A DNA stretch of 64,000 bases, from positions 295,320 through 359,319 of the forward strand of contig CAVOIW010000004.1 of NCBI GenBank assembly GCA_963695865.1, written 5' to 3'. Positions 60,154 to 64,000 of this stretch are shown here, piece after piece. This DNA comes from an uncultured Actinomycetota bacterium. GTDB taxonomy: Bacteria > Actinomycetota > Actinomycetes > Mycobacteriales > Nakamurellaceae. Numbering within the stretch: the first letter of the stretch is position 1; every line of letters begins with the position of its first letter. The translations under genes and the position numbers were made by a program. The notes under the pieces are model-generated. The model was not told where the DNA came from. It searched no databases and saw only the letters and a list, made by a program, of their open reading frames with translations.

Positions 60154-60286
60154 CGACTTCTCCTTTTTCGGGGTCGCTCACGGCGCCGGTGCCGTGAGCA
60201 GGCCATCACTGCGAGTGGGGGTGAATCGTGCCGGTTGGGTCAACCGGCACCTGGATTTACAGGCGACGCGGTGGATCTGGTGTCGG

Positions 60287-61939
60287 TCAGCCGGTGGTGG
60301 GCATGCGGAGCCAGACGGCGGTGTCGGTTGGCAACTGACCTCCTTCGATCTCTTCGCTGGCGAGCACGATCTCGGAACGGTCGGGCAGGGGGCACGCATC
60401 GGCGCCGAAATTGACGAGGCAGACGATCTCATCGCCTCGCTTGAAGGCGAGAACCGCTGGTGCTGCTTGGCATCCACTGAAAAGTCGGGCCGGCGAACGC
60501 CGGGCTGGATCGCCGAATGCGCAGGCCCTCGCGATAGAGGGCGAGCGTCGACGAGCGATCCTCGCGATTGCGCCCCCACGGTCAGGCCTCCCCATCCCGG
60601 TGGTTGGTCGAGCCACGGGCGCCTCGTGGCGCCCGGCGGGCTGAACCCGTAGGGCGGTTCGTCGCCGGACCAGGGGAGCGGTACCCGGCAGCCGTCGCGT
60701 CCAGGGTTCAGTCGGCCAGATCTGAAATACATCGGGATCCTGCCGCCGCTCGTCAGGAATGTCCTCGACCTCGGGCAACCCGAGTTCCTCGCCCTGGTAG
60801 ATGTACATCGAACCGGGCAGCGCCATGGTCAGCAGCGCCGCGGCCCTGGCCCTGCGCGTACCGAGTGCCAGGTCTGTCGGCGTGCCGGCGCGGCGGGTGT
60901 CGAACGAGAACGAGGTATCCGTGCGGCCGTACCGGGTGACCGGCCGGGTGACGTCATGGTTGGACAACACCCACGTGGCCGGGGCCGAGACCAGTTGGTG
61001 CGTCGAGAGAGTCTGGTCGATGCAGGCACGGAGCGCCGTCGGGTCCCACGGACATCCGAGGTACGGAAAGTTGAACACGGTGTGCAGTTCGTCCGCGCGC
61101 AGGTAGCGGGCAAGGCGCTGGGCGTCGGGCAGCCACACCTCACCGATCAGCACCCGCGGCTCCGCATAGGAGTCGGCAACGTCTCGCCATTGGCGGTACA
61201 CCTCGTGCAGCGAATCGCGATCGGTGAAGGGATGCTCGGCACCCGACGCGAGCAGATCCTCCTCGGCCAGGGCGGGGTCCTTGACGAGCAGCGCCGCCGA
61301 GTCGATCCGGAAACCGGCCACTCCGCGGTCGAACCAGAACCGCAGCACTGCTTCGTGTTCGGCCCAGACGTCCGGGTGTGTCCAGTTGAGATCGGGCTGT
61401 TCCGAGGCGAACAGGTGCAGGTACCACTCGCCCGGCGAGCCGTCCTCATCCTTCGTCCTCGTCCAGGCCGGTCCACCGAATATCGACTGCCAGCCGTTCG
61501 GCGGAAGTTCGCCGCTGTCACCGGTGCCGGGCCGGAACCAGAACCGGGCCCGTTCCAGCGAATCGGGTGCCGCGGCCAGAGCCGCGCGGAACCATGCGTG
61601 CTCTTCTGAGACGTGGTTCGGGACGATGTCGACGATGGTCCGGATTCCGACCGCACGTGCTTGCGTGATCAGCGTCTCGGCGTCGCGCAGAGTGCCGAAC
61701 GACGGGTCGATCGAGCGGTAATCGCTGACGTCGTAACCGCTGTCGGCCATCGGCGACGGATACCAGGGGTTGAACCACAGGGCATCGACGCCGAGCGCAG
61801 AGAGGTACTCGAGCTTGGCCCGCACTCCGGCCAGGTCGCCGGTGCCATCACCGTCCGTGTCGTAGAAGCTGCGGACGTACACCTGATAGACCACTGCACT
61901 GCGCCACCACGGGTCGCCGTCACTTCGCACAGCCGCCTC
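60287..61939 (-). pseudogene. GH13 alpha-glucosidase / oligo-1,6-glucosidase family, with three or more frame changes in the C-terminal third (about 60470-60760)
   Basis: Main frame reads ...DPWWRSAVVYQVYVRSFYDTDGDGTGDLAGVRAKLEYLSALGVDALWFNPWYPSPMADSGYDVSDY...IVDIVPNHVS...GFRIDSAALL...GEVWLPD...YIYQGEELGLPE... (GH13 regions I-IV). C-terminal pieces lie in other frames: GRDGCRVPLPWSGDEPPYGFSPPGATRRPWLDQPPGWGGLTVGAQ, then DRSSTLALYREGLRIRRSSPAFAGP, then back to ...AVLAFKRGDEIVCLVNFGADACPLPDRSEIVLASEEIEGGQLPTDTAVWLRM, stop 60287. Probable start is GTG near 61937-61939. Confidence 0.75.
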
Positions 61940-62097
61940 ATCTTCCGGTCGAAGTGACTCGGTGCTCTCCGACTTTGGAGGACGCCGTGACGGTCTCCCG
62001 AGAAGCAAACACCTGGGAGCCAGCGACAGGAACACTACTCACACACGAGAACGGCGTGCAAGAGATGAACGAACGTATGCAGAATTGTTACTACGGG

Positions 62098-63120
62098 TCA
62101 GGCTGATGCATCGGCGCGCGCCGACAACGGCGCTGTTGACCCGCGCACAACCAGTTCCGGCTCGTAGAACAGCTCCTCGCTCGGTACATCCGAGCCCTCC
62201 ATCTGGGAGGTGAGCAGGGCGACAGCAGCTCGGCCGATGGCCTCGATCGGCTGCCGGACGGTGGTCAGCGGGGGATCGGTGCAGTTCATGAACGCGGAAT
62301 CGTCGAACCCCACGACCGACAGATCGGACGGCACCCGGAGACCTTGCCGGCGGGCGGCCCGGATCGCACCGAGAGCCAACGGATCGCTGGCGCACACGAT
62401 GCCGGTCGCGCCCTGCTTCAGCAGTCGGTTCGTCGCGGCCTGTCCGCCTTCCAGCGAGAACATGGTGCGCTCGACGAGGAGCGGATCGAAGCTGAGCCCC
62501 GCGCGGCTCGCCGATGCACTGAAGGCCTCCAGCTTCCGCATCGACGGAACATGGTCCGGCGGACCGAGAATCAGCCCGATGCGCTCGTGTCCGAGGGAGA
62601 CGAGATGGCCGTACGCCTGGTCCATCGCCACCCCGTCGTCGGTGGACACTCGTGGAAAGTCGAGGTGCTCGGCCGCGGCGTTCACCAGCACAACGGGCAG
62701 TCGAAGTTTGAGCAGGCGCCTGTAGTGATCGTGTGGCGCCTCCGCCTCGGCGTACTGCCCACCGGCGAAGATCATTCCGGAGACCTGCCGCTCCAGCAGC
62801 ATGTCGACGTACTCGGTCTCGGACATGCTGCCCGTCCTCGTGCACAGGACGGCGTTGAATCCACGCTGCGCCAAGGCGCCGGCGACCACCTCGGCGAGCG
62901 CCGGAAAGATCGGGTTGGACAGTTCGGGGACGACCAGACCGACCATCCGGGCACGGCCGCTCCGCAGTGCGGTCGGCCGTTCGTACCCCATGACGTCCAG
63001 GGCAGTCAGGACGGCGGCACGAGTGGCGTCCGAGATGCCGGGCTTCCCGTTGAGGACCCGGCTCACCGTTGCCTCGCTCACGCCTGCCTGCTTGGCTACT
63101 TCTGCAAGATGTCTGGCCAT
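62098..63120 (-). CDS. LacI family transcriptional regulator
   Basis: Intact 340-aa ORF. HTH MARHLAEVAKQAGVSEATVSRVLNGKPGISDATRAAVLTALDVMGYERP, then a sugar-binding domain. Confidence 0.9.
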   Translation of the reverse strand: MARHLAEVAKQAGVSEATVSRVLNGKPGISDATRAAVLTALDVMGYERPTALRSGRARMVGLVVPELSNPIFPALAEVVAGALAQRGFNAVLCTRTGSMSETEYVDMLLERQVSGMIFAGGQYAEAEAPHDHYRRLLKLRLPVVLVNAAAEHLDFPRVSTDDGVAMDQAYGHLVSLGHERIGLILGPPDHVPSMRKLEAFSASASRAGLSFDPLLVERTMFSLEGGQAATNRLLKQGATGIVCASDPLALGAIRAARRQGLRVPSDLSVVGFDDSAFMNCTDPPLTTVRQPIEAIGRAAVALLTSQMEGSDVPSEELFYEPELVVRGSTAPLSARADASA

Positions 63121-63141
63121 GCCGCAATCCTACGACAGAAC

Positions 63142-63168
63142 TTTGCAAAAAGTTGCAACATTTGCGCC
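63142..63168. promoter_or_regulatory. AT-rich operator-like element: adjacent 8-bp palindromes TTTGCAAA and GTTGCAAC (plus partial TTTGCG) just upstream of the LacI gene
   Basis: Read directly: ctTTGCAAAaaGTTGCAACatttgcg. It is unusually AT-rich for this sequence and sits 22-48 bp upstream of the LacI start codon. TGCAA-type half-sites resemble LacI/GalR-family operators. Confidence 0.45.
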
Positions 63169-63197
63169 AGGCGAGTCGAGCCGTCCTACCGGCCCGA

Positions 63198-64000
63198 TCA
63201 GTGCGCCGCGCTCGCCACCCGCAGCGGAACGAGCAGAGCGAGCGCTTCGCTGAGGCGCCGGATGGCGTGCATGGCGACAGAATCAGCTGGTCCGGCTTGC
63301 TCCAGCAGTGGCCGCACCCGGGACTGCACGTCCGCCATACCGGGCGCCAGCGGCGGCGGGTTCCGCAATTCCGGCGCCTTACCCAGTCTGCGCGCCTCGG
63401 CCGCCAGTTCCCGGCAGGCCTGCGCCAGGGCTGCATTCTGCTGGCCGGTCGACACTGCAGCGGCCAAGGCCCTGGCCGACGCGCCGCAGGTGCCGAGCAC
63501 CGAGATCCGATGGCGCAGCGCGAATCGGTCGGCTCCGAACAACCGGCCCCTGGTCAGGGCTCGCCTGGTCCGCACCAGTTGTCGTCCGCTGGCGTCCAGC
63601 GCCATCGTCAAACTGAGTGGATCCCGCTCCGGGATCTGGCCGTCGAGTACGTCGGCGCAGGAATCGACCAGGTCGCCGAGGCCTTCAAGAAACGTCTGGC
63701 GGGCGACGCGGAGGGTGGCGCGGCTGTGGGTCGGCAGCACGACAAGGGAGACGACGACTCCGATGGTGGCACCGACAACCGTTTCGAACAACCGGATCTC
63801 GAGCAACTCGTCGCTGAATGTGCCGAGCAGGGTGTAGAGCTGCCCGAGCATGACGGTGATGAAGAAAATCATCGCCCCATAGGAGACGGCCTGCAGGAAG
63901 AAGGCGAGGAAGATGCACAGCAGGATGGCAGCGATGGCCACCGGTGCATGACCCTCGGTGAAGTTGGCCAGGCCGACGGCGGCGACCAATCCGAGTACGG
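63198..64000 (-). CDS. FUSC (fusaric-acid-resistance / aromatic-acid-exporter-like) family membrane protein, C-terminal part. The 5' end lies beyond the right edge.
   Basis: ORF 63198..63989 reads ...AILLCIFLAFFLQAVSYGAMIFFITVMLGQLYTLLGTFSDELLEIRLFETVVGATIGVVVSLVVLPT... then a long cytoplasmic helical tail. The frame is still open at 64000. Confidence 0.6.
   Translation of the reverse strand, partial: VLGLVAAVGLANFTEGHAPVAIAAILLCIFLAFFLQAVSYGAMIFFITVMLGQLYTLLGTFSDELLEIRLFETVVGATIGVVVSLVVLPTHSRATLRVARQTFLEGLGDLVDSCADVLDGQIPERDPLSLTMALDASGRQLVRTRRALTRGRLFGADRFALRHRISVLGTCGASARALAAAVSTGQQNAALAQACRELAAEARRLGKAPELRNPPPLAPGMADVQSRVRPLLEQAGPADSVAMHAIRRLSEALALLVPLRVASAAH

Noticed and set aside
62344-63837. 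497-aa plus-strand ORF
   Set aside because: It is the antisense shadow of the LacI and FUSC genes, Arg-rich, with no domains.
1-64000. Search for tRNA, rRNA, CRISPR arrays, IS elements, transposases, integrases and phage genes
   Set aside because: I found no tRNA-like cloverleaf or T-loop (GGTTCGAATCC) motifs, no repeat-spacer arrays, and no transposase, integrase or phage-like ORFs. The only repeats are the short tandem and coding repeats reported above.

Overview
This 64-kb window is high-GC (not computed; roughly two-thirds G+C by eye) and looks like a chromosomal segment of an Actinomycetota genome. It is densely packed with about 60 protein-coding loci on both strands. I found no rRNA, tRNA, CRISPR array, transposase or integrase.

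Gene content, left to right:
- An ECF42-type sigma factor paired with a YciI/DGPF gene.
- A ThuA plus Gfo/Idh/MocA sugar-oxidoreductase pair.
- A GH3 beta-glucosidase.
- A NarL-type two-component system beside an MMPL transporter, then a molybdoenzyme and an FNR-like reductase.
- pgi.
- A purine-utilisation cluster: NCS1 permease, ferredoxin reductase, SDR, a three-subunit xanthine-dehydrogenase-family enzyme and guanine deaminase.
- An NfeD-flotillin pair next to a secreted G1 (eqolisin-type) peptidase with a Gly/Tyr repeat tail.
- Two LacI-controlled sugar ABC-transporter / glycoside-hydrolase clusters (GH2, GH13, GH43).
- A DNA-damage island: dinB, a standalone LigD polymerase-domain gene, a DUF1905/YdeI gene, Nei, an FeS-type (6-4) photolyase-family protein and ArfB.

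The two observations I would look at first:
1. Two near-consensus LexA/Cheo boxes (CGAACATATGTTCG and CGAACAAATGTTCG), each containing the ATG of the gene it controls. One sits on the dinB / ligD-pol / DUF1905 operon; the other sits on an uncharacterised 109-aa protein that is therefore a candidate new SOS gene.
2. Roughly half of the genes carry single-base frame changes. Almost all are +1 (extra-base) events, often in G/C runs, with no in-frame stop codons, and they cluster in blocks. This fits either localised consensus indel errors in the assembly or recent, mutationally biased pseudogenisation. Every affected gene is flagged below and should not be called a loss without read-level support.

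All coordinates and indel positions were read by eye from the six-frame track and the raw sequence.
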